From: Azolla caroliniana
Taxonomy: Eukaryota; Plantae; Polypodiophyta
Direction of reading: 5' to 3'
NCBI GenBank assembly: GCA_043228905.1
Contig: JBHGNT010000001.1
Span: 15,934,001-15,998,000, forward strand
DNA length: 64,000 bases
In this document: piece by piece, positions 34,287 through 46,984 of the stretch
Layout of the letters: the number at the start of each line of letters is the position of its first letter
Position numbering within the stretch: position 1 is the stretch's first letter
The notes under the pieces: model-generated
What the model was told of the DNA's origin: nothing
The model's database searches: none
What the model saw: the letters and a program-made list of their open reading frames with translations, nothing else
Translations under genes and position numbers: made by a program

Positions 34287-37200
34287 GATATGTCCTAATA
34301 AAGTTCCACTGAACACGCCAAATACACAATTTGCCGGATTCAAGCTTAGCCGGTACGCTCTACACTTTTCTAGACAAAGACGGAGGTGCTGAAAATGGTC
34401 CTCCTCCCGGCTATAGACGGCGAAATCGTCAAGGAAAACCTGCATAAAAGCCGGTATATATTCACCAAAGATTTCCATGATGATTCTTTGAAACGTTGCC
34501 GGTGCCGTTTTGAGTCCGAACATCATTACCATGGCCACAAATACCCCCTATTCGGTGACGAATGCCGTTTTCTCCTGGTCGTCGGGGTGCATCCGGATCT
34601 GATTATACCCGCTGAATCCGTCTAGGAAGCTATAGACCTCGTGGCCGGCGACGGCATCCAACACTCCATCTGTGAACGGAAGTGGAAACGCATCCGTTAC
34701 CATAGCCGCATTGAGTTTCCGGTAGTCCACGCAAACTCAAATTTTTCCGTTCTTCTTTGGTACGACTACGATCGGGCTCAGCCATGTCGCTTTCTTTACC
34801 GGATGGATAAAGCCAACTCTTAGCAGTTTGTCGATTTCTTCCTTGACCTTGGCAGCATAATTGGGATTCATTCGGTACCGTCTTTGTGCCACTGGTTTTG
34901 CGTCCTTGCTCAAGTGCACTTGATGCTGGTATAACTGAGGGTCGAGTCCTCGCATGTCTTCGAATGACCAGGTGAATACGTCGCGAAATTCCGTGAGAAG
35001 TGTTATCATCGCCGTTTTGTCTCCGGACTTCATCTCCTTGGCGATGTGCACCGGTTTTGCTTCGTCCGTGGTGCCTAAATTCACCTCTTCCAATTGCGAT
35101 GCTTTTACGCGCTGTGAAACGGCCATTTCCCGTTCCAACGCTTCGTGCGCTTGCCGTAACTCCCGGATTGCGTCTTTATCCGGTTCTGCTTCCGCCTCTT
35201 CCGGTTGCGGTAAGTACGGTGCTACGGCTTCGGCAATGTCAATTTCGAAGAGGGGTATGATCTTCGGGTTTTCCTGCAGGTATTGAGCTTCTTCTTCGTC
35301 CGCTAACCCTTCGAGCATGTTGACGCATTCCGCATACAACGGTGTACATTCCTTGCCAGTGCTCGTCCTTGGCTGTGTTGGTACCCGTACCTTGGCTTTT
35401 CCTCGCCGGAAGGTAATTATATTTTTTCGCCAATTCTGTTTGATATGTGCCGTTTTTAACCATGGCCGCCCTAGCAATAGCGGGTATGAGCCTTGTGCCT
35501 GTAATTGTAGCACTACGGCCGAGATGTGAAATGTATGCCCGCCGATGGTGACTTCTAATTTCCGTATTAATCCTGTCGGCCGCACTGAGCTTGTATCGGC
35601 CATCCGCAACCAGAACGGACATGGCTCCCACTCGTGGATTCCTAGGTCCTCACACGTCCGGAGGATTATTACATTTACCCCAGAGCCTCCGTTTATAACT
35701 GTGTCGGGGAGTTCTTTCCCTTTTACAATGGCAGTGATTACCGGACTGCTGGTGTCTACCACTGTTGGTCCCTCCTCCGGATTCGAGAAGAGTACCGGTG
35801 TCGGTGATGGTTCTCCTGCCGCCATGGCCGTCTTCAGTCCTTCCGTGAATGTAGGCATGAGTTGTAGGAGTCTTCCTAGTGGTAACGTAATCTGGCATTC
35901 TTGCAACACCTGCCATGTCTCGTTCTCGGAGTGACTACCGCCGGCAAGCCCTGCGGTGTTCTCCTTTTGTTGATGTAAGTCTGTGACATTCTGCTCGTTT
36001 GCTTTCTTTACCCATTCCGTTGCTTGTTTGTGGATGGTCTCCTGTGTCTCCCATTCTTTGGCCATGCCCTTCGATCTTGTGGTCACCTGTTGCAGGTCTG
36101 CCACCTCAGGGACTACCATATTTACCGCCGGTCGTTTTTCATAGCTCTTCACCGGGCATTGGTTACTATAATGGCCTTCCTGTCTGCAGTAGTAGCAGTA
36201 GGCTTTCCGGGCATTGCTAGATTCGGCATTGTCTGTTGTACCCGGGGCAGGTCCTACGGTACGCGCGGGGTTTTGTACCGGTTGGCTACTTGGAGCGCCT
36301 TGTTCCGGATCCCGCGGGTAGCCGCCTTTTTTAAAATGCCGTTTTTTATTAAAGCTCTTCTTATTACGGTACTCTTGACGGGGTTGCCCATTATATCGGC
36401 CGTATTCCTCCCGTTGCTAACGATACCCGGGGGAGTGCTCCCGGTCGTACTGTTCGTATCGTCTATTGTAATCCTGGTGCCGATCATGCCGGTCATAGTT
36501 TTCTCGCCGATCACCGTACCGGACATCATTTTCCCGTCGCTCGCCGTACCGGACATTATTTTCCCGTCGCTCGCCATACCGGACATCATTTTCCCGTCGC
36601 TCGTCATACCGGACATCCTGTGCCGGTCGGTCACGGTCCATTCGCCGCCAGCGTTCGTCTTCTTCATCCCGGCTGCTGCGTGGGTCAATTTGTCGGACGG
36701 GCGGTGCTTGCCGAGTCAACAGATTATACTCGCACCTATCCGTCGTATGGCTCTTGGACTGACAGATTACACATTGCGTCCTCATAGTGCATTCTAGAGC
36801 CAAGTGTCCGGAATTCAAGCAGGTTGTGCACTGTATTGCTTGCCGAAACCGGAGGTCTTCATCAGACGGTAACGCCCGTTGAAGTGCGCCCAGTGTGAGC
36901 CAGGAGCTTGTCTTTTCCATCTCTTTCACCCGGTCAATGACCTGGTCGATGGTACTTGTGCGGAAATCGATTACCGTGCAAACCGTGCGTAGGGGTTCCC
37001 GGAGCGCGTTTAGGAATATCGTCCGTAATTCCTCCTCCGGGGGTGCACGGGTAAGCTGACTATGCATCCGTTGAAACTGGATGACAAATTGGGGAATGCT
37101 CTCCCCTGCCTCTTGCCGAAATAGTATAAAATAAGCATGAATTTAGCTTTTAAATCTGCAAAGGTGTTGATGGTAGACGGGTCCTGCGTCCGGCGCCATC

Positions 37201-37917
37201 TTGCTGTCGTTCCCTCCAATGTGACGCCAAACTCTGCTATCTTAGAGCGTTCTTCTTCCTCCGGTGTCAGTCGCTGGGACACATGGTTGGCTTCCCATGT
37301 CTGTTCGAATGCGTGCACATGAGCTTCCGCGTCCGAATCATCTCTATACTTGGAGTACTGGAACGGCATGTCGTCGTCCAGTATCGGTGCGCGGGCTGGT
37401 AGTGTTGGTGCTCGTTCCGGAATTTTCTCCGGTGTCGGTGGTCTTTCCCGATTTGATTCCGGTGTCGGTTGTTTCTCTTCTGCTGGTGACGGAGGCCTCT
37501 CCTCCTCGACTTCCGGTGTCGAAGGTCGTTCTTCTTCTGAGTCTGATTCATATGCTGTGTGCACGTTGTATTCCCCTTCGGAGTCCGATTCATATGCTGA
37601 AAAGGCCTTTGCTTCGCCTTCTCCGTTTGCCGACGCGTGGAGAAGGGATTCGGTTTCTCGGAGGCTCCTTAGGCTGCTGCCGTCGTCCGGGTGCGATGTT
37701 TGCTGTAACCAGAGGGACTCCTCCGCTACTCTCCGGATTACGTTGGAAAACGAGCGATCCGCTCTAATTTCCTGCGCCGCTTGATGGAAAGCCTAGCGTC
37801 TCCTTTGCCTTTCGGCAAGGCGTCGAGTTCGATCTGTAACCAGGTCGTGCATTGATCTAGACATCTATCTGTGCCGTCGTTCGCTGCAAAAATAGGAATC
37901 GTGGTCGCCAAAAACTG

Positions 37918-38350
37918 TGTTAACTCTTCAGGCCGGACAATGGCCTAACACAGGGTGTCTACGTGAGACACTTCACCAAAGGGTGTTACGGCAACCGGAT
38001 TAGACTTCAACGCTTAATCCGACTTAGTTAAGTTACTTATTAGGATCGTCTTCATAACACGCGTAAGATATAACAATTAAGACAGAACGGCAATTGACAC
38101 AGAGATATAACAACGCTTAAGCTTTCATTAATTAACCGCTAACTATTACATTGTATCCGAGCCTTTAAATAGGTTTCCGGTCTATATTACAAAACGGTGC
38201 CATCCGCACCTGTTCGGGATCGGTCCGGATCCGGAACGGCATACCGATTCCGGTCCGTTCGTCCACACTCATAGCTTAATTACAACCACATTCCTACTAC
38301 TTAATTAGCTCTCCGTTTCCCACTCTGGACTCCTTTGCCGGCCGGTAACA
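37918..38350 (-). repeat. 5' LTR of Athila-like copy 2
   Basis: Direct repeat of 23173-23605, with the PBS adjacent. Confidence 0.95.
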
Positions 38351-38355
38351 GGTGC

Positions 38356-39770
38356 CAAGCCGCCAATCGGGGAGCTCTTGGGCTCGTCGCGCCGAGCGGG
38401 GTCTTGCAAAGGAGACAGGGCAGAAGCCTAAACCCCTTTTGCCATATGAGCTCCTAACTGGCCTAAACCCTAAACAGACTCGAAAACTCAACCCACACGA
38501 AGACGAAGAAGAAGAAGAACTCGAAGAACCCTAACAAAAAACAACAAAGTAAGAAGAAGAAAGATTGTCATACCTTGCACCTAATGGTATACCCTCTTAA
38601 CTCAAAATGGGCAACCCCTCTACAAAGGGCGCTCCCTTCCTTTTATAGAACAAGGAGAGGGATGCGTCACAATGTGGGATAAAATTTCCCCTCTTGATTC
38701 TATACACCATTTTACATTGTACATGTGCACATGTTGCACACCGCCGACTTGCCCATCCCATCCTGGTTTCACATCGTAGCTCGGAATCTTCACGACATCC
38801 ACCCCCACCAAACCGCACGTCCACCGGTACGTGCCAAATCCAGAGAAGGGTGAGAGAACCCGGCCAGTGAGAAACCAGTCTTCCCATAATCTGCATATCG
38901 GCTACCGTGTTGGCCTCTGCCGGTCCGAACCGTCGGCTCCCAGCTCCCACACTCGCCTCTCCGTAGGCTCGTTTGACCTGTCGATAGGTCTTTCGCCGCA
39001 ATCCCCTCTCGTACCCGTGCTTGTCCTGTGGTCGTTGATCGAACATATGCACGCCCCTCACTTCCCTGTATACTCAGTGTCCTCCGCGTCCGAGGAGCAT
39101 CCCGTAGTAGCCTGCTTGGCCTCTGTCGATCGTCGCAATGCCTTGATCACTTGTTTGGTGCCATGGTTCACTATTGCCTTTGTCACCTTCCCACCACCAT
39201 CCATTACCCTCGGTCTCACGTTGCCACGTCAACCGAACTACCAAGGTCTCCAGAACTGGAGTGAAGGATCCTTCTAGGGTCGTCGATGTTCTTCGAGGCT
39301 ACCGACCCGAGCAATCCGTCTTTGCGTTTGTGTTCCCGTTCTCGGCACCACCGTGTGCTGTCTTCTATCCTCCTTGTTCGGCACCGCCTGTGCCGAACAC
39401 CGTCCCATACTCGTGCTTCATTTTGGCCCTTGATGGCCACTCACACGTCTCTTGCTCCGCTCCCTGCTTACCCCTCACCGGCTTCCCTCCGAAATTGTAA
39501 CCGGCCAGTAAGGGTTCGGCCTTTGTCAACTCTGGCCTCGCCGACTCTCGGTCCGCTCTTCCTGCATCGCCAGTTCCCGTTTCTTGCCACCACCATCCTT
39601 CTCGCTCGGTCTCACGTTGCCATGTCGGCTTGAATTGTCGGTGTCTTCGGATTGGTGTGAGGATCCCATAGGACCGTCTTCCTTTCTCTCCTCTCATCTT
39701 CCGCGTTGTCTTCCGGCCGGGTCGGTTCCCGACTCTCCCTTTGTTTCTTGTTGGAAGGCCCGGTTTCGGT
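38356..39770 (-). mobile_element. Relative of the Trp-primed gypsy family: 3' LTR part (38356-38797, probably continuing at 23080-23167) plus a non-coding internal region
   Basis: Minus-strand LTR start TGTCGTGAAGAT at 38797, preceded by the family's TTGGCACGTACCGGTGGACGTGCGGTTTGGTGGGGGTGGA block. TATA-like CTATAAAAGG at about 38640. No pol motifs in 38800-39770. Confidence 0.65.
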
Positions 39771-39771
39771 T

Positions 39772-40595
39772 AGTGGTTGTTAGATAAGTTAGGTATGGTA
39801 CGGATACCATACATATATAACATATTAATACTCGTATAGTACCTCCCAATTCAAAAATACATTAAATACGTTTTCTTAATATGTTAAATACTTATAAAAT
39901 ACGTATTTTACATATAGTATGTAAATACTTCTAGAATTTGAAAATTATTTACTTTTCTAAAAAATATCTATAATATTGTAAAAAACATCTATGTTTACAC
40001 AATTTTGTAATGTACAATATAGTTCTACATCCTAAAATGCATATAAGACATTTGAACATTTTACATCCTAAAATACTTATAGTAATATGGATGTCGACAT
40101 TCCCTTATTCTATAAATCAGTGTCAATGTGTATCATGATGTTCTACTTCAAATTGTAATTATTTACAATTATGCCTCCATTGATTGAGGAATTGTCTACA
40201 ATTATCACACTCATGATAGGTTTCTCTTTTCTTCGTTTTTTTTCTTCTTCTTCTATCTTCTGTGATGATCACACTCAGAGTCAGGACAGGTTTATGCCTT
40301 CTTTTCTCTCTTCTTCTTCATCATCTTCATCACGGTCTCTTCTATTCTTCTTTCTTCCTTTCTTTGGCTTCTTTTTCACTAAAATATTTTTTTTCTTTTG
40401 GTTTTTGTTGGGGTTTTACTTACATTTTCTTTATAAATACGTATTATACCTATTTTTTTATAAATACATTATATACCATATTGGACAAATGTACATGATT
40501 TTTGACTGAACAACATTGAGGTATAGAACGTACTGTACAAATGATGAGGTACTATACGTATTTAAACGTTAAATATGGGTACGTAAACAACCATG
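39772..40595. mobile_element. Possible AT-rich non-autonomous DNA transposon (hAT/MITE-like) remnant
   Basis: Ends TGGTTGTT.../...AACAACCATG and a 13-bp subterminal inverted repeat CGTATAGTACCTC (39833) / GAGGTACTATACG (40546). No TSD found. Confidence 0.35.
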
Positions 40596-40680
40596 GTTGT
40601 CGTTGGGTATACAAGGTTAAATACAACACCGACAGCTCCATCAATAGGTACAAGGCCCGGTTAGTGGCCAAGGGGTACGC

Positions 40681-41761
40681 TGTCGTGAACATCCATTACT
40701 ATGTGTGGATCGTGAGGCGGAACCACTGGGGTCCTGGACCGGAAGGATTTGATGTTTGCACTAACTTTAGCGAGAAAGTATTTAAGATAGATTGAGAGAG
40801 ATTGATATGACGAAAGAGAGATATTGAGGTAAAGATTGAACTTTTAACTCTTAGATTTAAGAGAGAAGATACATCAACAATAGGATTACAAGATTCGTAC
40901 TTTTCCCAAATTTTTCATTAGTCCCATTTGCTTGATTCCTCCACTCTTTTATAGATGCCCCCATGCATATGGTGCATGTGAGGGTGCAAGACATGCACGT
41001 AATGCATGCAATGCATGATTGCCATGTCATCATCTAAGCTCTCATGTATGAGAATTTACATCTAAAAGTATAATGATAAAAATATAGCTTTAAAGTAAAT
41101 GACTTTGCTTGGTGGTAAGTCTATTGCCTCCTATCTTGGAGGTGCAAGGTTCAAGCCTTGCCCACATCCATTTTGAAACACAAAATACTACTAAGCTTTT
41201 GGTTTTGTATTTACATCGAAAATATTCAAAACACCATGCACCGACCGATCCGTCTGTCTGGTCTTGTTTGTCCTGACTGGTTCAATCCGATCCTGTCCGT
41301 TGCCCTCGCTGTCTCGTCAACTCCGTCTGGTCGCCATCCGGTTCCGGTTGGCCAAAACCTTTACAAGTAGTTAGGCCACACCCATTCATCCGGTTAGTAT
41401 AGCTCAAGTGACCTTAAACATTCCATGATCCACTCATAATCACAAAGTAATAGATTTTGGCCCTACTTATATACTCTAGGATCCTTATTTGTCCTGTCTA
41501 TGTGGGATATCTCGTAGTTTTGTTTTTTCTCTTCTTCTTCTCAAACTTCATATTCATATAACTTGATATTTCGTTGTCCGTTTCAAATGTAGTAAAGTAC
41601 ATTCGGAAGCTCTTGAAGACCTCCATCTTTCCGTACCAAGATATTAAGCTAATCTAAAATAGTATCTTCACTATTATTGTTTCATGTCTTGTGTGAAGAA
41701 CCACACTCGATTTTGTACATTCCTCGCAATTTTCACACCATTGCTGAAAATCTTCACGACA
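40681..41761 (-). repeat. Solo LTR (1081 bp) of the Trp-primed gypsy family
   Basis: TGTCGTGAA...TTCACGACA termini, 4-bp TSD ACGC on both sides, reverse-complement homology to 11657-12723. Confidence 0.93.
41098..41170 (+). promoter_or_regulatory. tRNA-like Pol III A/B-box module in the solo LTR (antisense to the LTR)
   Basis: TTGCTTGGTGG at 41105, GGTTCAAGCC at 41148, T-arm-like CAAGG/CCTTG pairing and TTTT at 41171. Confidence 0.6.
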
Positions 41762-42524
41762 ACGCGCAGTAGCACGAAATCGATTATGATGATACGTTTG
41801 CGCCGATATTGAAGATGACAGTCGTCCATGTATTGCTTGTAGTGGTAGTGGTGAAGGGGTTGCATCTACATTAGATGGATGTGAAAAATGTGTTCCTACA
41901 AGGTGATCTTGAGGAACAAGTGTTTATGGTTCAGCCCCCCAGATTTTAGTCCGGAGTGAATACATCAGTGGTGTGCCGATTGAAGAAGTCCCTCTATGGA
42001 CTCAAGTAAACCCCGCGCGCTAAGAATGCGAAGATCACGCAGAGACTGCATCGGATGGGGTTTGCACCGTCGAAATTGGACTCTTCTCTCTTCATTCGAC
42101 AAGGTCGAAATGGAACGGTTAGTATTTAATTTTATGTTGATGATTTAGTCATCATCAGCGCCAACCTAGACGAAATCGTTCGCGTCAGATCCCAACTTGC
42201 AACATCGTTTGACATGAACGATCTTGGGAACCTTCATTACTTCCTCGGGATCGAAGTGATCCGCACCATGAAAGGCATACTCATCAGTCAATGCCACTAT
42301 GTTTTGAGTATGCTCTTCAAATTTGGTATGACGGAATGCAAATCCGTCTCGACTCCTCTGGACCAGAATGTGAAGCTTCACCCCGAATCTAGAATGACAT
42401 GCGACCCGACAAGGTTCCGACAAATAGTCGGGAGCCTTATTTATCTGACCATCACCCGCCCGAACCTCAGTTATCTGGTCGGATTGATTACTCAATTTAT
42501 GGCTCATCCAACCGTGAAGCACCT

Positions 42525-44607
42525 TGTTGGGAAATCGGTCCCTCTGGATGGGATCTGGTTATGAATGAAGAGGACCTGGTGAGAACCAGAAGAGATCCAA
42601 AAACCGGATCGGATGGACCCGGTGAGAACCAAAAGACAAGACATATTTGAAAATATGTTTTGAGTAAGCCTATTGAGGCTATATTTGTAAATAGCCCTAA
42701 GTTCATATAAATATAAATATGACTTAGGGCAAACACTTTATAGAAATTGTTGTCATATTGTTGTTTAGATAACTATTGTATATATATAGAGAGAGATATA
42801 GAGTGATACTCTATTGTAACCGCCGGTTGGCAAAGATATAGAGCTCGAGGTCGTTGCCTCTTAGTCTCTGTTTGTACATTTCTATGTTTGATTTCCATCC
42901 AAGTGATTCAAGACTCGATTGTGGCCGAGCAATATTCCGTGATATTCTCTTCAATCTGGTATCAGAGCGAACAACACAAGAAATGGAAGAATCGTTCGGC
43001 GGTTGGTTCAAGCTCACCGGCTCCAACTACTTAGTATGGATGTCGAAGATGAGGGATATGCTGATGGTTAAAGATCTTTGGTTGCCGGTTCAGTTCGGGC
43101 ACAAGAGACCGGATACAATCGACGCCACAGTGTGGGAGGTAATGCACATGAAGACGACGACAAACATCCGGTGCTTCATCGATATGAGCTTGTACAACAA
43201 CTTCAATGAAGAGAGCAAGGCTCATGAACTCTGGGAGAAGATCGGCATCATGTTCCAGAACAAGAATGTTTTTAATCGGGTTTCGGCATTCCGAAAGCTA
43301 GTGAGGCTCTGGTACTAGGACGACTCTAGCATGGAGGAGCACATGAATGCCTTCCAGGGGCTAATACACCAAACAACCTTGTTGGAAGTACCTCTCGTTG
43401 ATGACATACTCGCATTGCTCTTGCTCGGTTCCCTCCCGAATAGCTAGGAGATGCTAGTTGTCACGTTGGCCAATGCCAGGCTAGAAGGAAAACAGTTGTC
43501 CCTAGCAAGGGTAAAATCAAGCTTGCTAGATGAAGAAGCTCGCCGGAAGGACCGGGAGTCCGGAATTAATTTGAAGGCCTTGGTTACGGAAGATGACCAC
43601 AACTGGGGAAGAGGCGGGTATCGGAGTCCTCAAAATTGGGACAAATCGAGGACGAGGTCAAAGTCAAGGGGGAGGCCCACATGCTTCTATTGCAGGAAGC
43701 CGGGACACTTCCAAAAGAACTTTCGGCACTTCCGGAAAGAGAAAGAAACTGGCACTACTGATTCGAAGAAGAGATCAGACCGAAACAGTTTGGACCGGAG
43801 ACGCCCGGATCGGAAAGGAACATCGACAATCGCGACAAGTGAAGAAGAAATGATGCTCATTACCGAGGAGAATGAGTTAAACCTTGTCGGCGACGAGACA
43901 ACGTGGGTTGTCGATTCCGGAGCGTCGTTCCACCTGACACCAGATCGGAAATGCTTCTCATCCTACACAACCGGTGATCATGGTTGTGTCCGGATGGGGA
44001 ATGAAGGTACATGCCGAATTGTCGGCATAGGAGATGTGTTGTTGACGACATGAACCAGATGCAAGTTGCTGTTGAAGGATGTCTAACATGTTCCGGAGGT
44101 TCAACTGTATCTGATATCAACCGGTCGGCTTGATGATGAAGGCTACATGGGTAGCATCCGGAACGGAGTTATGAAGTTTAGCAAAGGAAGCTTGATCGTG
44201 GCTAGAGCCCGGAAGATCAACACGCTGTATTTGATGCATGCGTGGATATGCCGAGAAGAAGTGAACGTAGCATCCGACACTACCGGTGAGATATGGCACA
44301 AAAGACTGTGTCACATGACTGAGAAGGGGATGAAGAGACTTGTCGAAGACAATCTCATTCCGGTGATAGACGTGCAACTTGAGAAGTTCATTGATTGCTT
44401 AGCCAACAAACAAAACCAAACCTCCTTCTAGTCAAGACCACCAATGAGACGGAATGCACCTTTGGAGCTGGTGGATACCGATGTTAGTGTGTCAAGAGGA
44501 CACGAAGTCACATGCCGCATCGCAGTACTTCGTGACGTTCATAGGCGACCACAGCCGGAAGCTGAAGGATCAAGTGTTATCTGTCTTCAAGGAGCTCCAC
44601 GCAATCG
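42525..44607 (+). mobile_element. Copia D: 5' LTR 42525-42953, PBS-Met 42957-42968, decayed gag-PR-INT, 3'-truncated
   Basis: TGTTGGGAAATCGGTCCCTC start, TGGTATCAGAGC and WVVDSGASFHLTP. Close relative of copia E. Confidence 0.88.
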
Positions 44608-45200
44608 TGTAGAAAACCATACCTAGGAGGAATTGGTGGGTAGTGTGCGTGAACCAACCCTTACACACGGGTACATGTTTTGATGTATTCACATAGTTAA
44701 GTACAGATCGGCGATGTAATTATCCTAGGTAGCACGAATTCATTAAGTAGGGGGTCGAAGCGGATCTCTGTCCGGTAGGACAGAGAATAAAAGTGATGTA
44801 ACAGTCTGTAACGACTCTCTCTCCTTGTGCTATAAAAGGAGAGGAAAAGGGGTAGAGTGGGGGATCGCACATTTTTTTAGGACGAAGTGTTGTCGGACTG
44901 GGGACCGAGCCCTCTCCTCCACTGTTGTTGTTGCTTTTGCAGGGATTTTGTGTTAGGTTGGTTGCCTCTACTGCGTGAAAGCCCGTGTGCTTCCGGTAGA
45001 GGCTCCACTGCGTATTTCAGCACGTGTGTTCGTCTGTGTTGAGTCTGTCACCAGCTTGCCGGTTGTAACATTGCAAGCTCTGTGATCTATATTGTTATTG
45101 GAATTGATTCTTTCGTTTCTATCTCTCTGTGTTTCTGGGAATCTCTCTCCCACTTCTCTCTCACCTTCCTCGGTTCAAGGCCTCCGCAGTCCCGCCTCAG
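44608..45200 (+). repeat. Putative LTR fragment of an unassigned family
   Basis: Begins TGTAGAAAACC at the break in copia D, with a TATA-like CTATAAAAGGAGAGG at about 44830 and a pyrimidine-rich downstream part. No right terminus or TSD seen. Confidence 0.4.
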
Positions 45201-46563
45201 GATCTGTGTTGCCGTTAAGGCCATTTTGGCCATTTCTACCGTGACCTGATCCAAGTCTTTTTCAAGGCACCGGATTCTGGACCGGGCCATCTCTAGTTGT
45301 TCGGTTGTGACGAGCAACCGTTCGCTTTGCGCTCGTTCTTCCGCCTCAATATACCCCACTGCTCCGGCAATCTGTTCGCCTATCCATCGGAGCCACAGGA
45401 TACCGGTGCATTGTTGTTGCACTTGCACGGAGGTTTGACGGATGGGCTCGCTTGTGGGTGGGCGGTCCCGCCTGATTACGCCGAGTTGCAATTCCTTTTT
45501 TGCCCGTGGACTACCCTGCTGTCCTGGTTCCCCTTGCGCTTCTTCTTGGTTGGCCGAGGGAGGCTGCATTGACCTTCCCAGCTCTGGCGGAATGGGACTT
45601 GTTGTTGCTACTGGTGTTGCAGGGGCTTCTGATTCCAGTGCCATGCGCACCGGTTCCGGTTCCTCCCTTGGCGTGGGAGTCTCAGTATGGGGAGCCGGTG
45701 TTCCCTCCGTCTGAGGGTTCGAACGTTTCCTGGCTGCCTCAACGGTTCTTGACGACGACCGTCGCTGGAGGTGCTTCGTAGGCTCCCCCTCTATTTCCTC
45801 CTCCTGAGTCCCGGCATTGAGTTTCGCCGCCAAGGGGTCTGCTTCTCTATTCACCTGTCGACAGAGTGTAATCTTTACTGGCCGTACCGGTGGTTCCTCA
45901 TGCGCATCCGTTGGCTGCTTCCGGCTGGCGCTCTCCTTTCCCGCCTGTTCTACGTCCGCCGCCTTCCCCTTAGTGGCCTTAGAGGCCAACAACTGTTGTC
46001 TTTTGGAAGCAGTCTTTGGGGTGCCGTCCGCCACTCTTCCCCGCTTCTTGGGCTGGACAGGCTGGACGGGTGGCACAACCAAGGTGAGCCACTACGTTAC
46101 TACGTGTCATATACTCCGTCCTTCTCGACCTTCTTTGTCGTCTTTTCCTCTGACGATCTTGATCGCCGCACACAAACCGTCTGCGATCAATACTGGCCAA
46201 TCCACCTTGATCCCTTCATAGGTGGCGATGATCATCCCTGCCCGGTTCTGCGGCATGACAGGGGGTCTAGGGTACACATGGTCGTATTCGTGGAGCACAC
46301 GAGCAATCTCGCGGAATAGCATATCTCCGCCACCCTGTGTCCGATAGCGCTTGCTAGCTAGGGAGTACTCACCAAAATACTTGATGAGTTGCTCCGAGGT
46401 CAGATTGTCGATCGTGAATATGCCTCCCACCGGAAGGCCTCTTAACGCATGGATCGCCTCCGCCGTTATGACCTCTGTGTCGATTTCTTTGATCACCTTG
46501 TCGGCTTCTTTGTGTGGCGGTACCTCCATAATCGTCAAGAAGCCCCCGAGCCCGTGTTGCTTT
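45200..46563 (-). pseudogene. Extra-ORF fragment of Athila-like copy 3
   Basis: Homologous to 25060-26400, with a premature TGA at 46107. Interrupted at 46564 by the chromovirus. Confidence 0.88.
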
Positions 46564-46844
46564 TGTCATGATATGGCAAGACTCGAACCCATGACCTTAG
46601 GTTATATGGGTCGAGCTCTTGACCATTAGACCATCTATTGTAATACGTAGGATATTATTTTCATTTACATTTTATTATTCCAGATTTCTCTGGAACATTC
46701 TAGAAGCTTCAGGATTACTCCTGAAAACACTATAAAAGAGGGCACTAGGCATTATGTTGAACCAAATTGGTTCAACGCCAGTCTTAAGCCTTTTAGCCAC
46801 CGTTGTATATTCTCTTCATATAATAAATATCTTTCTTATCATCA

Positions 46845-46878
<34 letters not shown>

Positions 46879-46982
46879 TTCTCGCTCACTTCTTCCTTCT
46901 CTCGAAGAAGTTCCACACCTCTCATAGTACTAATCCTTCGTTTAGTACTAATTCCTTCTCTGTCTCAGTACTGTTCATGACA
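46564..46982 (+). repeat. 5' LTR (419 bp) of the chromovirus
   Basis: 8-bp terminal inverted repeat, TATAAAAGAGG at 46731, (TC)n tract. Confidence 0.9.
46568..46640 (-). promoter_or_regulatory. tRNA-like Pol III A/B-box module at the start of the chromovirus LTR
   Basis: Minus strand TGGTCTAATGG...AAGGTCATG GGTTCGAGTC. The T8-to-T54 distance equals that of a standard tRNA. Confidence 0.7.
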
Positions 46983-46984
46983 GT

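Larger units (their letters stand above)
26811..37864 (-). pseudogene. Disrupted gag-pol of Athila-like copy 2 (split in RT by the nested copia)
   Basis: Fragments 36417-37564 gag, 34737-36152 PR/RT start, 34287-34730 RT, 28431-28895 RH and 26811-28415 INT, with several stops and a deletion at about 37135. Confidence 0.9.
23173..38350 (-). mobile_element. Full-length Athila-like Ty3/gypsy, copy 2, with extra 3' ORF and a nested copia
   Basis: 433-bp LTRs at 23173-23605 and 37918-38350 (about 9 substitutions by eye). TSD GGTGC at 23168-23172 and 38351-38355. PBS at 37901-37910. Single RH before INT (no extra archaeal RH). Confidence 0.95.
40596..42524 (+). pseudogene. Copia RT fragment C, interrupted by a solo LTR and by copia D
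   Basis: [13 protein letters not shown]...KGYA|Q*HEIDYDDTFAP, YVDDL and LIYLTITRP, with many stops. Confidence 0.85.

Noticed and set aside
26811-37864. Tat/Ogre classification
   Set aside because: No additional archaeal-type RNase H is visible between RH and INT or after INT, so Athila-like is preferred pending HMM classification.
40171-40509. Hydrophobic 112-aa membrane-protein ORF
   Set aside because: Artefact of T-rich low-complexity sequence.
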